Below, piece by piece: positions 36,612 through 45,798 of a DNA stretch of 64,000 bases. The notes beneath the pieces were generated by a model. It was not told where the DNA came from. It searched no databases and worked only from the letters and a program-made list of their open reading frames with translations. How positions within the stretch are numbered: the stretch's first letter is position 1; each line of letters starts with the position of its first letter. Origin of the DNA: Escherichia phage PSa2; the sequence record OL770310. One strand, written 5' to 3'. Both the position numbers and the translations under genes were made by a program.

Positions 36612-36792
36612 GAGAGGGTGCAAAACGAACCTCTTGCATTTTGCATTTTGCGTTTTCATATTGTACATAAGAACAGCCTAAGAATCAGTGAACTGTTAAC
36701 ATAGCAGAACACGCGTTGCGTTGCTAGGATAATCAATGTTCAGGCTTGTTTCGCAGCAATATTTTTCAGTGACAGATTGCACTCCACTTATA

Positions 36793-39744
36793 TTACGGTA
36801 GTTCTGTAATTGTTGGAGCATTTCCGTTAAGCATTGATTTTACAAGGTTTTTCAGTTCATATAACTCATTGCGTAATACGTTAATTTCCTCCTGTTGATT
36901 ATCAATCTTTGCTTTTTGCTCTTTGAATGCGTTAACAAGAAGTGCGACAACACCATTATAGTTAATGCCTTTGATTGCCTCGCCTTTTGGGTCTAGCTGA
37001 CCATCGTTATTCAAAGAATGAACCGCTTCCGGCAAAACCCTTTCAACATCTTGTGCGATCAATCCAGCCTCAATACTATAAACGCTGTTTTCATCTTCAA
37101 TTAGATTGTTGCGCTTGTAGTAAGTATAACCAGTTAGATAATCAATTTTGTCGGATGCCGTTTCGATCTCTTTTAGATGTGCTTTTAATCTAATGTCAGA
37201 CCTGCTAACCCAATTTGATGCGCTACCATTTCCAGCACTATCAAAAACAAATTCAGCGCCATTAACATAAAGATGTGTTTCAGCGCCGCCAGAAGTCCAC
37301 GGAACAACATCCATGCCAGCTATCCAATCTTTCCCCCAATAAACAGATTTAAATATGGCAACCGCAGAATCAAATCCAGTGTGCTCAACAAGCAATCCAG
37401 ACGCACGACTACGCCAGTCGGCAAATAAACCACCCTCAACTTGACCAGCAATAAGAGCGTTTGGATAACCGCGCCTAACTCCATTTACATACATACCCCT
37501 TGCGTTATCATCAACATAAGATGATATGACCCTGTAAGTGTTTATTCCTGATGGAGTCCATGCAAATATTCTCGCTGAATCAGCAAACGCGCTTATGTGA
37601 CCATCACGATCCCATTTAAGACCTGAATCATGATCCCCAATTGCTATAGAGTAATCACCAAGAGCCGATTGAGCATCCGGACTTAATAACATCAATTGCC
37701 TATCAGATCTTGCTATCCTGTACCATCCACCCCAAGAGCCAGCACTACAAATGATACCCCATTTATTACCGTTCATTGCGGTTGCAACAATATTTCCATA
37801 CTCAACATGACCGTTTGCATTTTTACCGTGAACATGCAATTCATACATCCACCAACCAGAGGCTTCAGGTGGTTGATATGTAACAAGTTCTCCGCTTGAG
37901 TAATAACCGCTTTCTGCGTATGTTGACATAAACCCAAGAATGTTTGAATTATTAGGAATAATAATTGCTTGACCACCAACAGGAGTATTTAAGTTCTTTC
38001 TTGCTCCAACTTCAGTATTAGATCCAGTGCCGCCAGCATCAATTGAAAGAGGAATCCATCTTTCAGTTTCATCAGTCCAAACACCCCACGCCGCATCAGG
38101 TCTAATTGTGATTCGATAAGGTGAGTTACTCCCTGGTGCATACATCATAGTTTCTGTTTCTGTTTGCTTTAAACGATCAATGCCAAAGTTTATTTTTGCG
38201 CCCTCAACGTTTTCAGCACCAGTACCGCCAGCACCAATAGAAAGCGCAGATGTGCTGTTATTGTCATTACGCGCAACGCGCCATTCCCCATTGTTAGCGA
38301 TCCGTAATTCATAAGTCCATGCAGGATTACGAAAAGAATTATAAGCGCCAGCATATTGATCTTTTACAGAATTAACAGCCTCAACTTTTAGCGCCTCCCT
38401 TGCAAGGTCTTTGTTTGCAAGATCATTAAGATTCTGATCCTTCTTTAACGACGCTTGCATAACCTGTTCTGCTGATGCAGCCGCTGTCTCCGCTCTATCT
38501 GCTGCACTGGTGGCATTAGTAGCTTTCTCTCCTGCTATTGTAGCGCTACCAGCGGCCTCCAGGGCCTTGTCTGTTGCTGTCGTTGCAGCAGTAGTGGCGG
38601 TATTTTTAAATACCTCTGCTTCGTCTCTGTAGCCTTTGGTTGTGGTCATCGCTTGCGTAGCTGTATTCGCACTACCTGATGCACTTTGCTGAGCTAGCTT
38701 AGCAGCGTCTTCACTAGCTTTTGAGTTAATTTCACTAGTCTTTGTATTAGTTTCTGAGTTTTTTGCTGCTAATGCTGATGTGGAGGCTTGTGCAGCGAAT
38801 GCTTCTGCTTCATCCCTGAATCCTTTGGAGTCAGAAGCAGAGGCAGCGGAATCAGCAGCATTAGTCTCACTAGTTTTTGCTGCTGCTGCATATGCTGCTG
38901 CATTAGTCTCACTAGTTTTTGCATTAGTCTCACTAGTTTTTGCATTAATCTCACTAGTTTTTGCTGCAGCTGATGATTCTATAGCAGTAGTTTCACTAAT
39001 TTTTGCTGCAGCTGATGATTCTGCAGCTTTAGTAGCGGATGCAGCAGATTGAGAAGCAGAAATAGCAGACTGAGAAGCAGAAGCTTCAGAAGCTTCAGCA
39101 GAAATAGCAGATTCATTCTCAGAATTCTTAGCATTAAGTTCTGAAGTCTTAGCAGCTATCTCGGAGTCTTTTGCAGTAGTAGCGTATTCTCCCGCCTCTG
39201 TAGCAGAACCAGCAGCAGCAATAGCCTGATTGGTAGATTCAGTAGCAGATGTAGCAGCATTTTGCTCAGAAGTAGCAGCAGCAGTCTTAGCAGCCTCAGC
39301 GTCCTTCTTAGCTTGTTCAGCTAATAGACGACTCTGTTCAGCATTTTGTGCAGCAAGTTCAGCAGAATCACGGAATCCTTTGGATTCCTCAGCTGACGTA
39401 GCAGAGGCATCAGCACTATCTTTAGATAAACCAGCTTGTCTCTCCGCTTCAGTAGCAGAAGCAGCAGATTGAGTTGCAGAAGTTTCTGAAGAGTTAGCGT
39501 AAATTGCAGCTAGGTTCTCCGAGTCCTTAGCATTTGTTTCAGATTCTTTTGCTGCAATTTCAGAATCTTTTGCTGCTGCGGCAGAAGCAGCAGAGGCCTC
39601 AACAGCCCCTGTTAGTTCACTAGCAGTAATAGAACTAATAGAAGTACCTAAAACTACCGTATACTTAGGATATTTACTAGCAGTAGTTGTAGTGTCATCT
39701 ATGTTCAGAATCTGCTGTACAATAATTTTAGTTTTAAGTGCCAT
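36793..39744 (-). CDS. side (L-shaped-type) tail fibre with C-terminal intramolecular chaperone domain
   Basis: 983 aa; Ala/Ser/Thr-rich repeats (SETNAKTSETNAK), then SRSDIRLKAHL...chaperone-like C-terminus (S74-type SDxRxK motif). Confidence 0.75.
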   Translation of the reverse strand: MALKTKIIVQQILNIDDTTTTASKYPKYTVVLGTSISSITASELTGAVEASAASAAAAKDSEIAAKESETNAKDSENLAAIYANSSETSATQSAASATEAERQAGLSKDSADASATSAEESKGFRDSAELAAQNAEQSRLLAEQAKKDAEAAKTAAATSEQNAATSATESTNQAIAAAGSATEAGEYATTAKDSEIAAKTSELNAKNSENESAISAEASEASASQSAISASQSAASATKAAESSAAAKISETTAIESSAAAKTSEINAKTSETNAKTSETNAAAYAAAAKTSETNAADSAASASDSKGFRDEAEAFAAQASTSALAAKNSETNTKTSEINSKASEDAAKLAQQSASGSANTATQAMTTTKGYRDEAEVFKNTATTAATTATDKALEAAGSATIAGEKATNATSAADRAETAAASAEQVMQASLKKDQNLNDLANKDLAREALKVEAVNSVKDQYAGAYNSFRNPAWTYELRIANNGEWRVARNDNNSTSALSIGAGGTGAENVEGAKINFGIDRLKQTETETMMYAPGSNSPYRITIRPDAAWGVWTDETERWIPLSIDAGGTGSNTEVGARKNLNTPVGGQAIIIPNNSNILGFMSTYAESGYYSSGELVTYQPPEASGWWMYELHVHGKNANGHVEYGNIVATAMNGNKWGIICSAGSWGGWYRIARSDRQLMLLSPDAQSALGDYSIAIGDHDSGLKWDRDGHISAFADSARIFAWTPSGINTYRVISSYVDDNARGMYVNGVRRGYPNALIAGQVEGGLFADWRSRASGLLVEHTGFDSAVAIFKSVYWGKDWIAGMDVVPWTSGGAETHLYVNGAEFVFDSAGNGSASNWVSRSDIRLKAHLKEIETASDKIDYLTGYTYYKRNNLIEDENSVYSIEAGLIAQDVERVLPEAVHSLNNDGQLDPKGEAIKGINYNGVVALLVNAFKEQKAKIDNQQEEINVLRNELYELKNLVKSMLNGNAPTITELP
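38858..39027. repeat. tandem 21-bp coding repeats inside tail-fibre gene
   Basis: GCATTAGTCTCACTAGTTTTT at 38858, 38900, 38921, variant 38942; adjacent duplicated TTTTGCTGCAGCTGATGATTCT. Confidence 0.8.
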
Positions 39745-40166
39745 TATTGAGTTACTCCATCGCTGATGTATACTTTACCTTCCATAATACGGAAAGAATT
39801 GACTTCAGAGCCAATTACATCACGAGTCATTAGGATATCATAATAACCAGCAAAACGTTGTCTTGGGTTATACTTATCACGTTCTTTAGATGCTTTTTCA
39901 CCAATATTAGTAGTGTCTGCAATGGAAAGACTAATTGCAGCAGCACCTTGAGCAGCATCAATAACATGAGTTTTAAAATTAGCTAGAACCTCGGCGTTCT
40001 CATCTAAACTAGATTTAATAGTTCCTCTGAGTGAATACCCTGTCAAGTTAACAGGAAATTCTGTTGGCGGATATACGCTATCATCAACATCCATAAATTG
40101 CATGATAAGACTATAAGGCACTTTCTCATCAACAACAATATCAATAACTCGGTTTTCTGTACTCAT
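39744..40166 (-). CDS. small tail structural protein (collar-type by position)
   Basis: 140 aa ORF between the fibre and baseplate genes. Confidence 0.45.
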   Translation of the reverse strand: MSTENRVIDIVVDEKVPYSLIMQFMDVDDSVYPPTEFPVNLTGYSLRGTIKSSLDENAEVLANFKTHVIDAAQGAAAISLSIADTTNIGEKASKERDKYNPRQRFAGYYDILMTRDVIGSEVNSFRIMEGKVYISDGVTQ

Positions 40167-40171
40167 TATAA

Positions 40172-42229
40172 TTACCTTATATGGATATAGCCACTATTTA
40201 GGTCTATCTTCATCTTGTAGTATGCTTCAGGGTTTCCTGATAACGCAGCATTTCTATCGTAGATTATATTAACACCTATTTGTGATAAGAAGGCATTTCC
40301 TGCCACAATCTTATCAGCAGTTACAGTTCCATTAACAATCATGTTGCCATGAAGAACCATTGCAGGGTTAATCCATCCAGCCCCGTTCCATTGACGGGTA
40401 AATGCTGTTTGTGGAGCATTACTGTTAAATTGTGTTAGAACATCGTATTTAACCGGAGGTTTTCCAAAGTTATTTTGAAAGAATGCGTTAGCTTGTCCAT
40501 CATCCCAACCGCCTAATCCAGGAATACCCATGGAGTACATCCCAGGACCACGCTGTCCATCATGTCCTATAGTACCTTCAGTACCACTCCATTGAACTAC
40601 ATCAGACCAGCTAGTACCTTCAAGAAGTTTGTTAGTAACTGGATCAAGTGTACCTGTAGTCGCATAGATATTTTGTGTCATATCTGTACGATTAGGTGGA
40701 GTTTTTGACCAACCAGGAGGTGGATAATCTTGTTCTAACGGTTTGGCCGGTAAAGATGTTGCTAACTTATAAACAAATACTGTTTGCTTACCTTGTAAAC
40801 CAGTTCCAATATCTACGTCACCATTTGGTGTTCCAATTACTACACCACTAGAAATACGCAGAGTAGTACCATCATAACGTATCCATTGTGTAGCATTACC
40901 AATATCTAACTTAGCTTTGGCAGAGGTATTATCCATACCCATCCAAATACCAGAGTTATTATCTCCCCAAGATTTACCTTGAGTATAAATTGCTGGATTA
41001 TCTTTACCAGATAAGTTAGTCATGATAAAGTTCGCAGCATTAATATCTCTAGTAATTACTTTACCATCGACGTTAACAACACGATTTATAGGGTCGAAAG
41101 AAATAGGTGCTTTTCCTTCTTCATCTAGCAGACCAATGTTAATAGCACCAGTAGCTGCATCAATTAAGAATGTCTGTCTCCAGATTTCTCCATCTTTCAT
41201 ACTACCCTTAATAAAGGCATAGTTAACATCAATACCAGTCTCATTGACAAAACTATTATCTAGAGGAGTATCTTCATTCAATATAAATGTTACAGGAGCT
41301 GATTCTGTTATATCTTGCTTATTTGGTCCCCAGGCAATTGATGAAACCTTAAAGGTATGTTCAACTTTCCATGGGAATGATATAATCGTTGCAGCTCTAG
41401 CAGCACCCACGTTTATCTTTTGAGCTTTAGCCCATCCGGTTTTAGCGTATTCCTCGGAGTTTATATAAGTAACCAAGAACTCACGAACGTTAGCACCAGC
41501 ACCACGTTCCCAGTCCCACTCAATTCTAACATCATATCGTTCTTTACCATCAGCAATTCGTGCAGCTTTAAAAACAATATCGATAGGTGCAGTAGGAGGA
41601 ACAAAATTATAAGCTACAGTTAGAATATTAGGGAACTCATAGTACCCAGAAGAATCAACTGTAACACCATCAGGCATAGTTACTTGACCAGATATTCTGA
41701 TCTTATAGTCTCCGATAGGAACTCCACCAAATTTAATAGTAGAACCTAAAGCCCCAATATAATATTTAGTCCAAGGACTGTCTTCAGTGGCTGTACTTTT
41801 TAACTCAATAGTACAGTAACTTGCTTCACCAGTTGTTTCCACAACAACTATCGGTGCGCCCACCCCAACATCCACAGGTTCTGACTCAGATCTTGCTGCA
41901 ACAATTATTGGCTTCTCTTTTGTTTTAAAGTTAGTTTCATTAGAGAGGTTAATACCAATTTTTGCATTTAAAAGTTCTGAGTCAATAATTGAGTCATAAA
42001 AAGCTCCCTGAACCTGATAGGTAGTTGAGGGAGCTAAATTATTGATCATAACAAAGAAAGTGTCGATTCCAGTGAAATCTCTTCTATCCACTTCTTCGCC
42101 AAGTTTAAGCCAGAATGATCTACCGATAACATCGTAGTCGGTATAGATAGAATGCTGGATATACGCCATCGTATACCCAGTCATAATACTATTTAAGACC
42201 ATCTTGGCTGGTGCATTATTCGAAATCAT
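40172..42229 (-). CDS. baseplate/central fibre protein (pb4-like by size and position)
   Basis: 685 aa, Gly/Thr/Asn-rich, downstream of the hub gene. Confidence 0.55.
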   Translation of the reverse strand: MISNNAPAKMVLNSIMTGYTMAYIQHSIYTDYDVIGRSFWLKLGEEVDRRDFTGIDTFFVMINNLAPSTTYQVQGAFYDSIIDSELLNAKIGINLSNETNFKTKEKPIIVAARSESEPVDVGVGAPIVVVETTGEASYCTIELKSTATEDSPWTKYYIGALGSTIKFGGVPIGDYKIRISGQVTMPDGVTVDSSGYYEFPNILTVAYNFVPPTAPIDIVFKAARIADGKERYDVRIEWDWERGAGANVREFLVTYINSEEYAKTGWAKAQKINVGAARAATIISFPWKVEHTFKVSSIAWGPNKQDITESAPVTFILNEDTPLDNSFVNETGIDVNYAFIKGSMKDGEIWRQTFLIDAATGAINIGLLDEEGKAPISFDPINRVVNVDGKVITRDINAANFIMTNLSGKDNPAIYTQGKSWGDNNSGIWMGMDNTSAKAKLDIGNATQWIRYDGTTLRISSGVVIGTPNGDVDIGTGLQGKQTVFVYKLATSLPAKPLEQDYPPPGWSKTPPNRTDMTQNIYATTGTLDPVTNKLLEGTSWSDVVQWSGTEGTIGHDGQRGPGMYSMGIPGLGGWDDGQANAFFQNNFGKPPVKYDVLTQFNSNAPQTAFTRQWNGAGWINPAMVLHGNMIVNGTVTADKIVAGNAFLSQIGVNIIYDRNAALSGNPEAYYKMKIDLNSGYIHIR

Positions 42230-45079
42230 TTAAATAGATGCCCAATCCACAGATTGCTCGCCATTATCACCTTCTGCTCTTATACGGAAGCGTAACTTCC
42301 TATTAATACCTAGAGCATCCTCATTATGAAGAGCATAGTCTGCCTTATTGTATATCAGTAGATAATCGTAGACATACTGATCTTCAATTCGTACACTTCT
42401 TAATAAACGATCTAGGTTATCGTAGATTTCGAGAGTGTAGAAGATTCCATCAATGATATCTTCTTCTGGAATTCTATCCCAGGCCAACTTAACGTCTGGT
42501 CCTACAAACTCCGAAGCATCTCCTGAAGCTGTATTAGTAACCCTGAAGTTACTAACGACGCTTAAGTTTTTAGCAGAGTTAAGTTCTACTGATAATGTTA
42601 CAGGGGAACTTCGTCTACCATTAATATCTACAGCTCTAATCTCAAAGACTGCTAAACCAGCAGGTTCTCCAATAATTTCTTGGATCATTCGTAGATTTGG
42701 ATTAGTTTCTAGTTGCTGTACGATATAAGGATCAGCATGTCCAGAATGAACGATGGAGTAATAAACAACGTTATTAGTTAAGCTAGGAAGCCAAGATAGC
42801 TCACCATTCTTACCAATAGACCCTACTTGTCCACCTGGTGTTGGTGTATACATAAAGTCTCTGGGAGGCAGTACGTTATTACTAACATCAGGGATATCGT
42901 TACCACTATTATCAACCTGCTCGGAGTTAATGAACACATCCTCACCATACTCTTGCAGTGTAATATTAATCTTACCTTCTCTAGAGTTTTCAACTTCATC
43001 AACTAGGAAGTATTTCTTGTCCCAACCATAACGACCATATGTAAAAGCAATCGGATCGTTAGGCTCAATGCCTATGAAATGATATGGTAATGAGAATGTG
43101 AGAGTTCGTGAGTAACGAGACTTTTTCAGTTCTCTATCTGCAAAGCTACGCGCAGTATAGTAGTTAGTGATGTTTGCAAAAGAAAGCTGAAGTTTTTTAT
43201 CTAACCCTTTATCTTGCTCCTTAAATATAGAGTTAAAGAATGTAATGGAGTTAGTTTTCCAGCTTAATGCGGGATCTAGTATAGAGGCCTGTACTGAGTT
43301 AAACTTATTTCTACCAGTAGTATCTGATAGCTCCAGATCACCATAGGTATCTAAGAAGTCAATCTCCAGTGGAGTATTCGAGAACTTCTCAACAGTTATT
43401 CTATACTGACCAGATAAGTTGTTGATAGCACCTCCATAAGACTCTATTAATCCCTGCACGTTTTTAAATACTGACTCAGAGGTATCGAGAATAGTGTTCA
43501 TTTGAACTATTTGTCTATTCTCCACTACAGCATCAGTCCATCCAACGTATCTCCAATAGGGTTGCCAAGAAACCTGATAGGATTCATCAATAATATCTAG
43601 AATAGCTGCTTCTTGTATAAGTTGCTGGAGAGGGAACTGGTCAATAGTGATATTAGCACCATAGCGATCAGAGGTTAGGTAGTCCAGAGTTTGCCAGATA
43701 CCATTTAAGCTAGTCTTATCAGCAGTTACCCTACCATCTGAATGATAGATCTTAATCTTCTTGCCTTGAACTTCAGCACTAACTTCTGGAATTTCTGTTC
43801 TGTTTTCATTAATAGTAAAGCGAACGATAGCATAAGCAGTATCTAATAGCTTATAACGAGAGTCCCAGTATTCCGGTCCATTCTCGTTTAGGTTCTGTAG
43901 GTAGAAACCTTTCTCTTTTGCAATGTTAACTAGAACATCCGCAGCAGATTGATCTGCTTTACCATGATAAGTCCAGATACGGATATCGCCATTACCATCA
44001 TTATACTTATATTCCTGTCCATGAACAGAAGGTTCAGAGCTTGGTTGACCAGAAGCAATACGTTGCATGGTATCGCCAGCTACTTTCTTAGTACCAAAGC
44101 AAGTTCGAGACTTACTATCATTAGGATCAATACAGATCATTGGTACATCACCAAAGTAGAAATCTAGGAATCCATCAATCTCACCCTCACAGAAAGCGTA
44201 TACTACATATACTATATTAGGGTTATGTAGTTCAGTATCTGCAAATACTGGGATTCCAGGAATTTTCTGAACTCCGTACACTACTGGAAGGAATTTAGCT
44301 GCTAAGTTAAAATCAAGATCGACTTCCTTAGTTACAGTCTCATAGTATTTCTTTAGGCTATAGCTTCTAGAAAGACCAAATAACTTTTTCTTAGATTGTA
44401 ACTTATAACGTTCTTCCTGAACCTGATACTTAGCAAGGATAGAAATACTCTTGTTAGCGTGGAAGAATCCGTAGTCCTCTTGGTATTCAGGTCGCTTAGC
44501 ACCATTAGATGGAACTAATTGTCCGGCAACAATCTCAAGCCCTCTATGGTCAGCATCATCTGTGAAACGTCCATTTACTCTATCAAAGTCATAGAATTGG
44601 TTTGAACAGTTCCATGTAATAACGGATGTACTAACTCCCGAAGTACCAATGTTATCCTTAATACCACCACCAGTGATTTTACCACGGAAGTAAAGTAAAG
44701 GACCATTAGTGTCTGGATCTACAGGAAGAATGTTACCTTCTTCATCAATAACCGCTTGATGGATTGAGATAGATCTATCCAGGAAGGATACACCATTTTG
44801 GACTAGTTTTAATACTTCATCCTCAGCAGTACCTGTGATAGTAAAAGAAAGGCTACCAATGGAAAGTTTTCTATTTTGTTTATGTGTTGTTATAGACTTA
44901 ACTTTACCGGATGTGTAAAGAATACCATTGTAAATTACATCCCTAAAATAGTCTGTAAGATAAATGTATGCAGAACTTGATCCGGTAGAGCTTGGCAATT
45001 CAAGAGTAATAAGGCGTGCAGTTTTTATTTTATTATTAGTTCTTAAATACTCTCTTGCACTGTCAAGAATTTTCTTCAT
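42230..45079 (-). CDS. baseplate hub / tail tip protein (pb3-like)
   Basis: 949 aa protein immediately after the distal tail protein and tape measure. Confidence 0.6.
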   Translation of the reverse strand: MKKILDSAREYLRTNNKIKTARLITLELPSSTGSSSAYIYLTDYFRDVIYNGILYTSGKVKSITTHKQNRKLSIGSLSFTITGTAEDEVLKLVQNGVSFLDRSISIHQAVIDEEGNILPVDPDTNGPLLYFRGKITGGGIKDNIGTSGVSTSVITWNCSNQFYDFDRVNGRFTDDADHRGLEIVAGQLVPSNGAKRPEYQEDYGFFHANKSISILAKYQVQEERYKLQSKKKLFGLSRSYSLKKYYETVTKEVDLDFNLAAKFLPVVYGVQKIPGIPVFADTELHNPNIVYVVYAFCEGEIDGFLDFYFGDVPMICIDPNDSKSRTCFGTKKVAGDTMQRIASGQPSSEPSVHGQEYKYNDGNGDIRIWTYHGKADQSAADVLVNIAKEKGFYLQNLNENGPEYWDSRYKLLDTAYAIVRFTINENRTEIPEVSAEVQGKKIKIYHSDGRVTADKTSLNGIWQTLDYLTSDRYGANITIDQFPLQQLIQEAAILDIIDESYQVSWQPYWRYVGWTDAVVENRQIVQMNTILDTSESVFKNVQGLIESYGGAINNLSGQYRITVEKFSNTPLEIDFLDTYGDLELSDTTGRNKFNSVQASILDPALSWKTNSITFFNSIFKEQDKGLDKKLQLSFANITNYYTARSFADRELKKSRYSRTLTFSLPYHFIGIEPNDPIAFTYGRYGWDKKYFLVDEVENSREGKINITLQEYGEDVFINSEQVDNSGNDIPDVSNNVLPPRDFMYTPTPGGQVGSIGKNGELSWLPSLTNNVVYYSIVHSGHADPYIVQQLETNPNLRMIQEIIGEPAGLAVFEIRAVDINGRRSSPVTLSVELNSAKNLSVVSNFRVTNTASGDASEFVGPDVKLAWDRIPEEDIIDGIFYTLEIYDNLDRLLRSVRIEDQYVYDYLLIYNKADYALHNEDALGINRKLRFRIRAEGDNGEQSVDWASI

Positions 45080-45690
45080 AGACTTTCCCTCAAGGAAAGT
45101 GAAATACCAGTATATGTACCATTACTATTTAACGTAGAGCCGAAGCTGTCTCCGTTCATTAATTTAGTTCTAAATAGAATACCATTAAATACCGGTTTCT
45201 CACTACCCGTAGTAGTAATGAATAGATCAGGGTAAACACTTATATTCCAAGTATTTCCTACTGTGTTGATAGAAGTGATTTTGTACACTTTTGGGTGGTT
45301 GGACAATTTAAATAAATCGCCTGGTTTAGGCAGTCCACGAAGTGTACCTTTAGTGTCCATAATAACTGTTGAACCTTTTTGTCCAGCAGGAATATTTACA
45401 GCACTAGTATCACCACGAACTCGGAAAGCTTCATATTGCGGTAATAACACATCAATATAGCTACCTGTTCTTTTGTAATCTAGAATGAATGAATCTAATT
45501 TAGCAAATTCATCTGGGAATAATTCTGGATAAGAGATATTAATACCCCAATATTGAGCAGACACCTTAACCTCCCTAACTTTACCATTAGGTAATTCATC
45601 ACGAATCATAGGGTCATTGTCTACTAAGTTAACGCTTTCAAAACCTAACCCTGATAGCTCTGGGTTCGTGTATGGGTCTGGTAGTCTCAT
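45076..45690 (-). CDS. distal tail protein (pb9-like)
   Basis: 204 aa ORF directly downstream of the tape measure gene; ATGA overlap with the hub gene. Confidence 0.55.
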   Translation of the reverse strand: MRLPDPYTNPELSGLGFESVNLVDNDPMIRDELPNGKVREVKVSAQYWGINISYPELFPDEFAKLDSFILDYKRTGSYIDVLLPQYEAFRVRGDTSAVNIPAGQKGSTVIMDTKGTLRGLPKPGDLFKLSNHPKVYKITSINTVGNTWNISVYPDLFITTTGSEKPVFNGILFRTKLMNGDSFGSTLNSNGTYTGISLSLRESL

Positions 45691-45716
45691 AGTTAATTTC
45701 TCCTCTTAATAACAAT

Positions 45717-45745
45717 ATTATAATAGGATTGGAAAATTTTATCAA
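45717..45745 (-). promoter_or_regulatory. sigma70-like promoter inside late region (TTGATA-N17-TATAAT)
   Basis: Reverse complement: TTGATA, 17 nt spacer, TATAAT, then AAGAGGAG SD and ATG at 45690. Confidence 0.45.
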
Positions 45746-45759
45746 GAAATTTTTATTTT

Positions 45760-45792
45760 TCCATAAAGAAAAGGAGGACATAAAGTCCTCCT
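45760..45792 (-). terminator. rho-independent terminator after tape measure gene
   Basis: AGGAGGAC/GTCCTCCT hairpin followed on the minus strand by TTTCTTTATGG. Confidence 0.6.
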
Positions 45793-45798
45793 CCAGTA

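Noticed and set aside
38858-39027. Possible CRISPR-like repeat array
   Set aside because: Repeats are 21 bp with no unique spacers between them and lie in-frame inside a structural gene; this is a coding tandem repeat. No CRISPR array or cas genes were seen anywhere in the window.
38769-39472. Several 60-90 aa ORFs on both strands inside the tail-fibre gene
   Set aside because: Artefacts of the in-frame tandem repeats and Ala/Ser-rich composition of the fibre coding sequence.
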